A stretch of 64,000 nt of DNA from Balanoglossus misakiensis. Its lineage: Eukaryota; Animalia; Hemichordata. Below, in pieces: positions 38,991-50,619 of the stretch. Within the stretch, counting starts at the first letter, position 1. Each line of letters starts with the position of its first letter. A model generated the notes under the pieces. That model did not search any database. It saw nothing but the letters and a program-made list of their open reading frames with translations, and was not told the origin of the DNA. Both the position numbers and the translations under genes were made by a program. Where the stretch lies: assembly GCA_040954595.2 (NCBI GenBank), contig CM082589.2, positions 11,668,894 through 11,732,893 of the forward strand, written 5' to 3'.

Positions 38991-40940
38991 CTATACTTTT
39001 CCTAACAAGGATTTCATATGTTTCTTAAATGAAAATTTTGACCTTGTTGAGCGCATATTTTCAGGAAGTTTATTCCAAACCTTTGCTGCAGTGTACTTTA
39101 TGGAATTTTGGCCAGCATTACTGTTATATTTCGGAATAAAAAGATCACCTATATCTTTTGATCTGGTATGATAAGAGTGTTGAATAGGAACGAAATACTC
39201 TGAGAATCCTGGTGGAAGCTTGCCATTAAGAGCATCATGAACAAACAAGGACAGTTGAAGATCACGTTGCTTGTATACATTCAAAATATGTAACTCATTA
39301 AACAATGGTGAAGAGTGTGCAAGACGGTCTGATCCCGCCAATACACGTACAATTCTTTTCTGTGTAACAAGTATTGGCCTCAAAAAAGATAAATAAGTAT
39401 TTCCCCAAGTTTCTATAGCATAGGAAATGTGTGGGAGGATAAAACAATTGTACAATAGTATAAGAATATGTCGTGGGACAACATCCCTTAACCTATAAAG
39501 AATACCAGTCTTCATACTAATCGTTCTGTTTACATTTCTAATGTGATGTTTCCATGTTAACTTATTGTCTATTTCTACACCGATATACTTAGTTGTTTGT
39601 ACTTCGTCTATTGTTACCCCTTTAACATCAATTTCTCCTGTTGTCTCTACTGACACGTTCTTACCTCTAAAAATAACATATTCAGTTTTCTTTGAGTGTA
39701 CAGTTAATTTGTTGGCATCACACCAGTTTATAACATTTTTCAATTGTGAATTAACTTCTGAGAGATCTATTATATTTCTTGGATTAAATGTATGAAATAG
39801 ACTGGTATCGTCTGCAAATAGACGCGTGTCAAAATACCTTGCTGCCCCTGTTATATCATTTACATAGATGAGAAAAAGTGTTGGACCCAGCACAGAACCT
39901 TGTGGAACTCCACAGGATATTTGTAATTCATCTGATCGTACCCCATTTACATTTACATGTTGCCTTCTGTTGGTCAAATAGCTTCTAAAAAGATTTTTAG
40001 GGAGTCCCCTAACACCATAATTGTCCAGTTTGTCTATCAAAATGTCATGATTCGCGGTGTCAAATGCTTTCTTCAAGTCAAGAAATATCCTGATAACCTT
40101 ATTTCCCATATCAATTTCGTCCAGAATTTTCTGTGCTAGTTCCACAATTGCCAATTTAGTACTATAATTCTCTCTGAAGCCATACTGGTAAGGGTACAGT
40201 AAATCAAATTTGTTAAAATAGGAAATAATTTGCTTATTAATAAGTTTTTCAAAAATTTTACTAATTTGTGGCAATACAGACACTGGTCTAAAATTACCTG
40301 GATCAGTCGTCTCTCCTTTTTTGAAGATAGGAGTCACTTTTGCTATTTTTAAGGAATCTGGGAAAATTCAAGTTGTGATCGTTAAATTGATAATATAACT
40401 AAGAGGCTTAGAAATATATAATGCTGCATTGATTAACAATTTTGGGCTAATGTAGTCATAACCCACTGCCTTCCGCGTATCTAATGCTTGAAGTAATTTA
40501 AAAACTTCTTGTTCAGAGGTTCCTTGAAGAAAAAAAGAATGCAATGTACAATGTGATAAGTATAACAAGTAACTTTTGTTTGAATGAGTTATACTACTAG
40601 CAAGAGCCTCTCCAATTTAGACAAAAAACTCATTAAACCCATTGACAATGTCACAATGGGTGATCAGGGTAGTCTGCCGACCAGCTGAAGACATTTGTAA
40701 ACTACTTGGTAGATTTACATGTTTACCACCACCCCTCAAAATATCATTAATAATTTTCTATGTCTTACTAGTATCTGCTTGATAGTATGTAAACTGGTCA
40801 GAATAATAATCTTGCTTAGCCTTTTTCAGAATATTTGTAAGCATGTTCCGGTAGCATTTGTATTTTGTAAAGACGTCTGGCCGATAATTAGTTTTTAAGA
40901 CATTTGAGTAGAGCTTGTGTTTCTGGTCAATTGATTTTTT
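38991..40940 (-). pseudogene. LINE ORF2, linker plus reverse transcriptase part (disrupted upstream of 40337)
   Basis: NFRPVSVLP, QYGFR, FLDLKKAFD, GVPQGSVLGPTLFLIYVND, FADDT and KYIGV lie in ORF 38991-40337. Upstream pieces 40368-40568 and 40758-40940 are broken by stops or frameshifts. Confidence 0.93.
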
Positions 40941-42686
40941 AGGTCCCATTGGTATAGGCCTATATACCATGGGACCTTATGGGATGGGTTGCGTCTGTAT
41001 GTATGTATGGATGGATGGATGGATGGATGTATGTATGTCTGTATGTCCGTCCACATCAAAAACTTGAAAACCGCTGCGCGTATCACCTCAATATTTGGTG
41101 TGTAGGTGCAGGCAGGGCTGTAGATGGGAGTTTGTCCAAACGAAGTTGCCAGGCCCAAAAATATGCAAATATGCTTGTAAAATGTGAAATTGATCAAAAC
41201 TCTGTAAGTCAGCAACTACTGGTCAGATTGCTTTGAAAATTGGTATGTATGTACCTTATGTCAACCTCACACCGACCTGTAAGTGTTAAGTTGATATCAT
41301 GGATGTTTTATTTTTTATGAATTTTTTAGTCTTTTTATTAAATTTATACCTTTACTTATACCTCTATGGTTAAGCTATGTCCACGTCTTATTGTGGAATT
41401 CTGGTCTGTGCAATAGTCCTGTACAGTGACTGTCTATTGGTCAGTGAGCACAATGGGGCCAAAATAAAAGGCAAATTTTTGGGCTCACCTGTAACACCTT
41501 CTTAACACATTAATTATGTGCATACCTAATTCCGGGCTAACTAATAGGGCTAGAGGTTTCGTTCTTGTGGGACATGGACCAGTATAGGGTCAAAATTTTT
41601 TGCCCAAATTTTGGGTGACCTCAGGTGACCTTTGACCTACTTTCCTATATCTCGGCATCCAGAGCAGGTACAGACTTGGCGTTTGGAGGGTTGGGACTAA
41701 AATTGAAAAGCCAAAATATGGGTCACCAGTGACACCTGCATATCTCATTAATTATGTGCATACCTAATTCCAGGCTAACCAATAGGGCTATAGGTTTGGT
41801 TTTTGTTGAACATGGACCAGTATAGGATCAAAATTTCTTGCCCAAATTTTGCATGACCTCAGGTGACCTTTGACCTACTTTTCCATATCTTGGCATCCAG
41901 AGCAGGTACAGACTTGGCGTTTGGAGGATTGGCACTAAAATTGAAAAGCCAAAATTGGGGGTCACCTGTGACACCTGCATATCTTATTAATTATGTGCAT
42001 ACCTAATTCCAGGCTAATCAATAAGGCTATAGGTTTGGTTTTTGTTGAACATGGACCAGTATAGGGTCAAAATTTCTTGCCCAAATTTTGCATGACCTTA
42101 GGTGACCTTTGACCTACTTTACCATATCTTGGCATCCAGAGCAGGTACAGACTTGGCGTTTGGAGGGTTGGCACTAAAATTGAAAAGCCAAAATTGGGGG
42201 TCACCTGTGACACCTGCATATCTCATTAATTATGTGCATACCTAATTCCAGGCTAACCAATAAGGCTATAGGTTTGGTTATTATTGAACATGGACCAGTA
42301 TAAGGTCAACATTTCTTGCCCAAATTTTGCATGACCTCAGGTGACCTTTGACCTACTTTATCATATCTTGGCATCCAGAGCAGGTAGACTTCGCGTTTGG
42401 AGGGTTGGGACTAAAATTGAAAAGCCAAAATTGGGGGTCACCTATGACACCTGCATATCTCATTAATTATGTGCATACCTAATTACAGGCTAACCAATAG
42501 GGCTATAGGTTTGGTTTTTGTTGAACATGGACCAGTATAGGGTCAAAATTTCTTGCCCAAATTTTTGCTTGACCTCAGGTGACCTTTGACCTACTTTTCC
42601 ATATCTTTGCATCCAGAGCAGATATGCTTATTGCTATGTTGCTATGTGCTATGTCCTCAAATGGGACCACAGTGTCCTTGACGCTA
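40941..42686 (+). mobile_element. Non-autonomous Helentron-type element (HINE/DINE-1-like), family 1
   Basis: Inserted in a T run. It has a 5' hairpin AGGTCCCAT...ATGGGACCT, a (GTAT)/(GGAT) microsatellite, central tandem repeats, and a 3' subterminal ATGGGACC followed by the hairpin AGTGTC-CTT-GACGCT and Ts. Confidence 0.85.
41490..42620 (+). repeat. ~239-bp central tandem repeats of the HINE (~5 copies)
   Basis: GACCTCAGGTGACCTTTGACCTAC-like anchors at ~41617, 41856, 42094, 42333 and 42571. Confidence 0.92.
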
Positions 42687-43618
42687 TTTTTTATTCCAGC
42701 AGTTATCCATGGTTTCCGTATTTTTCTTTTTGAACTAAGCTTTTTAGAAAGCAGTGGAGCATGCTTATTACAAATATTCGAGAAAATGGTTAAAAACGAG
42801 TCATATGCTGTATTAGCATCAGTACTCTCATACACAGCTGCCCAATTGACACTACTTAACTCATCTTGAAATAAACCTATATTAAAATTACGGTAGTCCC
42901 TGAAGGTAACACTCTTTGGTTTTTGGAAATAAATACGAAGATCCTCAAAGATGGCAAATATAGGCAAATGGTCAGCAAGATGAACATCAATAGTTCCACA
43001 ATTAACAAAATGACTATGTATATTTGTATAAATATGATCAATAACCGTTCTTGAATGATCTGATATATGTGTTGGCACAGTGATCATCTGAGTTAGGTTA
43101 AAAGAAGACATACTATTATTAAGATCAACCGTTTCATATGCATTTAAATCAGACGCATTTACATTAAAGTCACCCACAAGTATGCACTGCATCTTCTTGC
43201 GGTCAATATCAGTCAATACAGATTCAAGACTTTCAAGGAATTCGCCTATATTAGTGTTTGGTTTCCTATACACTACTCCAAGAATGAGTGATTTCTTCTT
43301 TGGCAAGTCAAATTTGAGCCAGATAGATTCAGAATGATTTACAGTCGCTTCAATGGAGGTATAATTCAAAGATGAGTCTATATATGCCCCAACTCCCCCA
43401 CCCCGCTGGTCATTTCGACATTTTCTTTCCAAATGATAGCCTTCTAAACAATAAAGCTCTTTATTTTGAACCTGCCAGATCTCTGATAATGCTATAACTT
43501 TGATTTTTGATTCATCAAGTGACTCATATAACAATTTAAATTCATGAAAGTTTCGACTGAGGGACCGAATATTACAATGAGATATAGAGAATGTAGAAAT
43601 AGGTGTATTACTAACCAA
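42687..43618 (-). pseudogene. LINE ORF2 apurinic-like endonuclease domain
   Basis: HCNIRSL, IALSEIW, GGGV, VYRKP, GDFN, IDHIY, ADHLPI, then KPWITAGIK, which rejoins KSIDQKHKLY across the nested HINE. Confidence 0.93.
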
Positions 43619-43737
43619 GTTGCAGAACTCAGTAAGAATATGAATTACATTTCCTATAACAATCAGAGTTTAACAATTGTTCCGCTTCTACAGAAGTCAT
43701 TGAAATACAATAAATCCACAGATTCAGAAAAATAAAA

Positions 43738-43946
43738 TTATTGAACGAATCTATCAACATCTGTGGAGTCGTTTTTTCTTTGTATACGGTTTAATTGACT
43801 CTCTGAAAATTTTTGTTCACCTAGCCACTGTCTACAAAATACATTTGGTGGCCAGAAACTAGACTCAAGCAAAAGCTTAGCCTGGTGAAAGGATACGTTG
43901 ATTTTAGCAGCAACAGCGCCTTTGCGTTTACTGGATATGATTCTCG
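43738..43946 (-). pseudogene. Probable C-terminal remnant of LINE ORF1
   Basis: AAKINVSFHQAKLLLESSFWPPNVFCRQW lies immediately upstream of ORF2. An FWPxxVxCRxW-like ending is common in CR1-group ORF1 proteins (recalled, not searched). Confidence 0.55.
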
Positions 43947-45231
43947 AGTCTGTGTCATATAGAGCCGGTGCACCAGCCGAGTCACGCCGTACGAAATCTG
44001 ACTTGATCAACGTGGTCAATGTACGCCTGTTTCTGCTCTAGAGTGCCGGGGCTTCAGCTGAGCCAGGCCGTAGGAAACCCGACGTGATTACCGTTGTTAA
44101 CTTACGCCAGTCTGTGTCCTATATATAGTGCCGGGGCATCAGCCGTGCCAGGCCGAAGGAAATGTGAGTAGATTAACGTGGTCTCTGTACGCGTGTTTCT
44201 GCTCTAGAGTGCCAGGGTTTTAGCCAAGCCAAGCCGTAGGAAATCTGACTTGATCAACGTTGCTAACGAACGCTAGTGTCTGTCATAGTGTGCCGGGGTT
44301 TTAGTCGAGCCAAGCCGTAGGAGATCAGACTTGATCAACGTGGTCTCTGTACGCCTGTTTCTGCTCTAGAGTGCCGGGGCTTCAGCTGAGCCAGGCCGTA
44401 GGAAACCCGTCGTGATTACCGTTGTTAACATACGCCAGTCTGTGTCCTATATATAGTGCCGGGGCATCAGCCGTGCCAGGCCGAAGGAAATGTGAGTAGA
44501 TCAACGTGGTCTCTGTACGCGTGTTTCTGCTCTAGAGTGCCAGGGCTTTAGCCAAGCCATGCCGTAGGAAATCTGACTTGATCAACGTTGCTAACGAACG
44601 CTAGTGTCTGTCATAGTGTGCCGGGGTTTAAGTCGAGCCAAGCCGTAGGAGATCAGACTTGATCAACGTGGTCTCTGTACGCGTGTTTCTGCTCTAGAGT
44701 GCCGGTGCTTTATCCAAGCCATGCCGTAGAAAATCTGACTTGATCACTGTTGCTAACGTACGCTAGTGTTTGTCATATTGTGACGGCGATTTAGCCGAGC
44801 CAGGCCGTAGAAAAATCGACTTGTTCAACGTTACCAGTGTGCAACTGTTTCTGCTCTAGAGTGTCAGGGTTTTAGCCGACTTATGCTGTAGGAAATCTGA
44901 GTTGATGAACGGGAATTCAATGTTAGAAAACCCGTGTGGAAAGTATCTCTACCCGTTTGAAACTAAGAAAAGAATTTATTCTTATTTATTTTGTAAAAAA
45001 GACAATATTTCGAAAAAAGTCGAAAATGGTTATTTTGTCTTGGGTGATTCAAATTATACCGCCTTTTCTGGAATTTGCAGCACTTTTTTCAAGAGAACGA
45101 CACTTCATGCTCCATAATATTTCCGAAAATGAAGAAAAGAGTTAATTTTTTATGATTTTTTTAAAAATTTACCATTTTTATCAAAATATGGCCAAAATGG
45201 CTATTTTTTCTTGAATTCCGTCAATATCTCT

Positions 45232-46561
45232 TAGTCCGTGGGCACGACGGGTCCACCGTGCACCCCCCCCCCATAAACCTACCACTTGGGTATTTTTTTG
45301 TTCTTTAGAACGTGCTGAACAAGAAAAAAGATGTTAACATTGAATATTTTGGGTTGCACTACCCCTCCGGGGTGGTTTTTGAATGGTATGTGCCGCTCAA
45401 AATGGCGAAAAATGGGTTGGGTGGGGGGTACTATATTCTCTCCTAAAAAAATAAAACTACCATGAAATTACATAAACCTCATATTTTTAGAAAGCTTAGA
45501 TACTGCTCTTTACGGGAAGCACAAACTTTATTAAACAATATTTATGAATATTTAATTAGATGATTTTTAAATTAATTTTTTCGGCAATTTTGAAAGTTTT
45601 CACTCAAAAGACAATGTTACAATTGTGATTTTCTTTTTGTGAAGCAAATTTTTGACAACTTTTTAGGTTTGGATTATTTAATTCTATATATTAAACAAGA
45701 AAACAAATGTTAACATTAGTTATTTAACAATACAATACTTCTTTAGAGACAACTTTGAAATGCATGTATCCTATGGGATTACGCATGGTCTTGGGGTAGG
45801 GGTACTATATCCTCTCCTAAAAAAAATAAAACTAGCAAACAATTACATAAACCTTATATTTTTAGAAAGCTTAGACACTGCTCTTTACGGGAAGCACAAA
45901 CTTAATTATAAAAAAAATTATGAATATTTAATTATAAGATTTTTAAATTAATTTTTTCGGCAATTTTGAAAATATTCACCCCAAAGACAACGCAACAATT
46001 GTGATTTTCTTTTTGTAAAGCAAATTTTTGACATCTTTGGGGGTTTGGATTATTGACTTCTGTTTATTAAACAAGAAAACAAATGTTAACATTAGTTATA
46101 TAACAATACAATACTTCTTTAGAGACAACTTTGAAATGCATGTATCCTATGGGATTACGCATGGTCTTCGGGTAGGGGGTACTATATCCTCTCCTACAAC
46201 AATAAAGCTAGCTTCAAAGTACATAAACCTTATTATTTTAGAAAGCTTAGACACTGCTCTTTACGGGAAGTGCAAATAGGAGTAAAATTAATTTTTGATT
46301 ATTTAATTATATGATTTTTAAATTATTTTCTTCGGCAATTTTGAAAATATTCATCCCCAAAGACAACGCAATGATTGTGATTTTGTTTTTGTGAAGCAAA
46401 TTTTTGACAGCTTTTTGGGGTTTGGATTATTGACTTCTATATATACTAAACAAGAAAGCAAATGTTAACATTAGTTATTTAACAATAAAACACTTCTTTA
46501 GAGACAACTTTGAAATGTGTGTATCCTGTGGGATTACGCATGGTCTTGGGGTAGGTGGTAC
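45232..46561 (+). mobile_element. Putative left end of a DNA transposon (TAGT terminus, possibly Academ-like) with ~376-bp tandem repeats (~3.3 copies)
   Basis: The satellite stops abruptly at TCAATATCTCT|TAGTCCGTGGGCACG. AACAAGAAA..ATGTTAACATT recurs at ~45318, 45693, 46070 and 46448. No partner TIR was found in the window. Confidence 0.5.
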
Positions 46562-48700
46562 TAGATTCTATATTGATTTGAAATGGCAGATCAATATGTT
46601 TGGTAATAATTCAGTTATTGCAGTTGGGGACTGGAATGTAGTGAGGGTTTTGATGCTGACACAGCTGGCCGCACTACAGACTCTCACTCGGATGCAAGGC
46701 AACAAATTGATCTTCTCTGTGATGAGTATAATTTGATAGATATTTGGCGGATGATAAACGAGTCCTCGCGTACATTTACGTAGTTTAGGCGCAAAAGACT
46801 GGATTATTTTCTTATTACGCCTGAATTCGCTAATGTGACCGCAACTGCAAATATTTGTGTCGGTTACCGGAGTGACCACTCTGCAATACGTCTCTCTCGG
46901 ATGACAACGATTATGTGGACATTGTTAAAAACACAATTCGGGATACTAAGGATGAGTACAGACAGGAGGGAAGCTCTCAAGCTGGTCCCACTTTTACCAT
47001 TTCGGATCAACTTTTCTTGGATACGTTGAAAATAAAAATTCGTGGAGTTACGATTTCGTATGCAACTAGGAATTTATTAGGGCCGAGAAACAGCTTGAAA
47101 CGGAGAATATTTTACTAGAAACTCGTGTGAATGATCTATAAACGCCTGACATGTTAGATGAACTGCATGAAAAAAGAACAGTTGATAGCATACTGTCAAA
47201 AAAGTAGAAGGAAGTCGCGTACGTGCTCGGGCCAGGTGGTCTACAGAAGGGGAAAAACCTACTAAGTATTTTTGCTCTATGGAAAAGAGACATTTCACCA
47301 ATAAAGCCATCGGTCAGCTGTGCCTGAGTGTTGGCTCCACAATAACTGAGGACGAAGACATCCTTCGTGAACAATCTAAGTTTTACCGGAATCTATATGC
47401 GGCTACCAAAAACGTTGCTTGCAATATTGATCAGTTAGATAATTTTATGCAGCATGGAAATACTTTGCCTACTTTGAGTACTGAGGAACGGGATTCTTTG
47501 GAAGGGGCCCTGTCTAAGCATGAATGTGGAGTAGTGTTGAAGTCAATAGCAAATAATAAGTCACCAGGAACAGACGGTTTTTCTGCCGAAATTTTTTTGG
47601 CCCGACATTGGTGTTTATATAGCCCGTGCAATTAATTCCGCCTACTCCTCAGGCGAAATGTCTATTTCTCAAAAGCGGGGAATTGTTACTTGTATCCCGA
47701 AACCCAACAAGAATAGATTTCACATGAAAAATTGGCGCCGTATTACATTGCTAAACACGGATGATAAGATTGCATCTGGTGTTATAGCAAACCGTATGAA
47801 ACGGTTCTTGCCAAAAATTATTCACCCTGACTAGAAAGGTTTTTTGAGGAAAGGAAGGTATATTGGTGAAAATACACGTTTGATTGATGATGTATCGTTA
47901 ACTTCAAAGATAGACAAGGTTTTCTTGTACTTCTAGACTTTGAAATGGCGTTTGACACGCTTTCTTGGGAATTTATCGATAAAGCATTGAGAAAGTTTAA
48001 TTTTTATCCCTCTTTCAGAAAATGGGTCAAAGTGTTTTATAAAAACACCACTAGTTGTGTTATAAATAACGGAAACTTTCCTGATTTTTCCCCTCGAGAG
48101 AGGTGTTAGACAAGGTGATCCTCTATCACCGTACCTGTTTATCACCTGTGTTGAAAAACTTGCGCATGAAATCAGAGCCCATAGTAATATAGAAGGAATT
48201 ACACTTAGAGATAAAAAAAAATTTACTGGGGCAATACGCAGATGATATTTTTGTATATTTAGATGGTTCTGAAAGTTCTCTGAAAAATCTGTTTGCTACC
48301 TTGGGTTTCTTTACTTTTCTGTCGGGTTTGCGAATTAACTACCAAAAAACTAAATTGGTTTGGTTTGGCGCTAAATGCCATTCACATGATATTTTGTTGC
48401 CAAAAAAGAACTTATTATGGGTTGATGAACCGTTAACAGTTCTTGGTATTAACCTGAACGTTGATCTTGTTGGGCTTGATATGTTAAATTTTACACCAAA
48501 AGTAAGGGAAGTGTCCACACTGCTTACTAAGTGGTCATGGCGACCTGTGACCTTGTTTGGCAAGATAACAATAGCTAAAACACTTGCTTTGTCAAAGTTT
48601 ATTCATATTTTCTCATCCTTACCTCCCATGTCAGATAATCAAATATGTACACTTATTAGAGTTTTATCGGAATTCAAAACCTGATAAAGTCAATAGATTA
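46562..48700 (+). pseudogene. Degenerate L1/Tx1-clade LINE ORF2 fragment (EN end plus RT)
   Basis: Across frameshifts it reads VGDWN, KRLDYFL, GYRSDHSAI, RARARWSTEGEKPTKYFCSMEK, KSPGTDGFSAE, KNWRRITLLN, LDFEMAFD, GVRQGDPLSPYLF, QYADD and SGLRINYQKT. Confidence 0.9.
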
Positions 48701-48758
48701 AGATTATTAGGGCCCAAGCCCAGCAGGCTTGGGCCCTATTGTTTTTACTGGAGTTTTT

Positions 48759-50388
48759 AGGGCACAAGCGCCCTCAGGCGCTTGTGCCCTATTGGTATTG
48801 TTGGCTTTTTTCTTCTACTGATTTTTTTTCTTGTGCAGTTTTTTCTGCCACTTTGATCTTGAAAACGGCTGAACCTACAAATCTCAAACTTGGCACAGTG
48901 GTGCAGGCCTATGAGAGCTAGTGCAGTACCCTCGTGAATGTTTAATAAGTCATGTGACCTGATGACCATATATGGGCAAAGTTTTCAAATGGGCCTAATT
49001 TGCATATGAATGGAAATATCAAAATTCTTTTAGCGATTTTTGCGGACCATGTGGTCAGTGTCCTACATGCCAAATGTCAAGGCCGTGGGTTAAGTCTATT
49101 TTGAGAAGAAGATTTTTTTATTTTTCATATTTTTGGACCCAGCCATGGGCCTATACTTTCTATAGTTAAGCTATGACGCTATGTCCACGTCGGCTGTGCA
49201 ATGGTCCTGTACAGTGACTCTCTATTGGCCCGTGAGTAGAATGGAACCACAATAAAAGGCTAAATTTTGGGCTCACCTGTAACACCTGCTTAACTCATTA
49301 ATTATGTGCATACCTAATTCCAGGATAACTAATACGGCTAGAGGTTTTGTTCTTGTGGGACATGGACCAGTATGGGATCAAAAATTGTTGCCCAAATTTT
49401 GGGTGACCTCAGGTGACCTTTGACCTACTTTCCTATATCTCGGCATCCACAGCAAGTACAGACTTGGCGTTTGGAGGGTTGTGACTAAAATTGAAAAGAC
49501 AAAATTGGGGGCCACCTGTGACACCTGCATATCTCATTAATTATGTGCATACCTAATTCCAGGCTAGCCAATAGGGCTAGAGGTTTGATTTTTGTTGAAC
49601 ATGGACCAGTATGGGGTTAACATTTCTTGCCTAATTTTGGGTGACCTCAGGTGACCTTTGACCTAACTTTCTATATCTCGGCATCCAGATCAGGTACAGA
49701 CTTGGCATTTGGAGGGATTGAACTCCCAATGGAGTCTTACACTTTACCTCAAAGTTGGGGGTCACCTGTGGCACCTGCTTATCTCATTAATTATGTGCAT
49801 ACCTAATTCCAGGCTAGAAAATAGGGCTAGAGGTTTGACTTTTGTTGAACATGGACCAGTATGGGGTTAAAATTTCTTGCCCAATTTTGGGTGACCTCAG
49901 GTGACCTTTGACCTACTTTACCATATCTCGGCATCCACAGCAGATACAGCCTTGGCATTTGGAGGGATGGAACTCCTGATGGAGCCTTACACTTTACCTC
50001 ATTAATTATGCGCATATCTAATTCTAGGCGAACCAATAGGGCTAGAGGTCTGGTCTTTGTTGGACCTGGACTAGTATGGGGTCAAAAATTTTTGCCCAAC
50101 TTTCGGGCGGCCTCAGGTGACCTTTGACCTACTTTCCTATATCTCGGCATCCAGAACAGGTACAGCTTTTGTGTTTGGATGGATCAAACTATTAATGGAG
50201 TCTTACACTTTACATCATTAATTATGTGCATATCTAATTTAAGACAAACCAATAGGGCTAGAGGTCTGGTTTCTGTTGGACCTGGACTAGTATTGGGATC
50301 AAAACGTTTCGCCCAAATTTTGGGTGACCACATATGACCTTTGACCTTCGGCTTAAGCTTGTGCCCGTCATCGCTGCTTGCAGCTATA
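48759..50388 (+). mobile_element. Complete HINE, family 2 (~1.63 kb), preceded by an unpaired head at 48709-48758
   Basis: 5' hairpin AGGGCACAAGCG..CGCTTGTGCCCT; 3' subterminal GCTTGTGCCC followed by the hairpin GCTGCTTGCAGC and TATATTT; T-run flanks; internal 217-250-bp repeats. Confidence 0.85.
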
Positions 50389-50391
50389 TTT

Positions 50392-50619
50392 AGGGCCCAA
50401 GCCCAGCAGGCTTGGGCCCTATTGGTATTACTGGCTTTTTTTAGGGCCCAAGCGCATGCAGCGCTTGGGCCCTATTGGTATTATCCTCTTTTTTAGGGCA
50501 CAAGCCAAGCAGGCTTGTGCCCTATTGGTATTACTGGGGTTTTTCATCTTTTTTTAGGGCACAAGCGCCCTCAGGCGCTTGTGCCCTATTGGTATTACTG
50601 GGGTTTTTCATCTTTTTCT
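50392..50619 (+). repeat. Stack of four HINE 5' hairpin heads
   Basis: AGGGC(C/A)CAAGC-loop-GCTTG(G/T)GCCCTATTGGTATTA..(T)n starts at 50392, 50443, 50495 and 50556, each with a different loop. Confidence 0.9.

Larger units (their letters stand above)
38784..43946 (-). mobile_element. 5'-truncated CR1-group LINE (L2/Crack/Daphne-like) with (GATT)n 3' tail
   Basis: (AATC)8 tail at 38784-38815; 3' UTR hairpin TAGTGC-ATTC-GCACTA near 38898; AGTC on both flanks (38780-38783 and 43947-43950); EN and RT domains on the minus strand. Confidence 0.93.
1..45231. repeat. Tandem macrosatellite, ~2.05-kb composite unit, ~15 copies, interrupted by several TE insertions
   Basis: The marker TTGAACCGTTCTGT(C)n recurs near 97, 2142, 4189, 6073, 7607, 18329, 20376, 22430, 25206, (27079 partial), 27329, 29549, 31603, 33819, 35875 and 38310. 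Uninterrupted spacings are mostly 2045-2056 bp, with variants of ~1.5-2.4 kb. The same short ORFs recur in the ORF track. Confidence 0.97.

Noticed and set aside
43738-44019. 93-aa ORF running from the satellite into LINE ORF1
   Set aside because: Chance in-frame fusion at the 5' truncation junction.
97-45145. Recurrent 60-110 aa ORFs (MNRSV.., MESIS.., MSKYG.., MLKVF..)
   Set aside because: By-products of the satellite: mostly non-ATG starts, frames broken by homopolymer length changes between units, and no recognisable domain.
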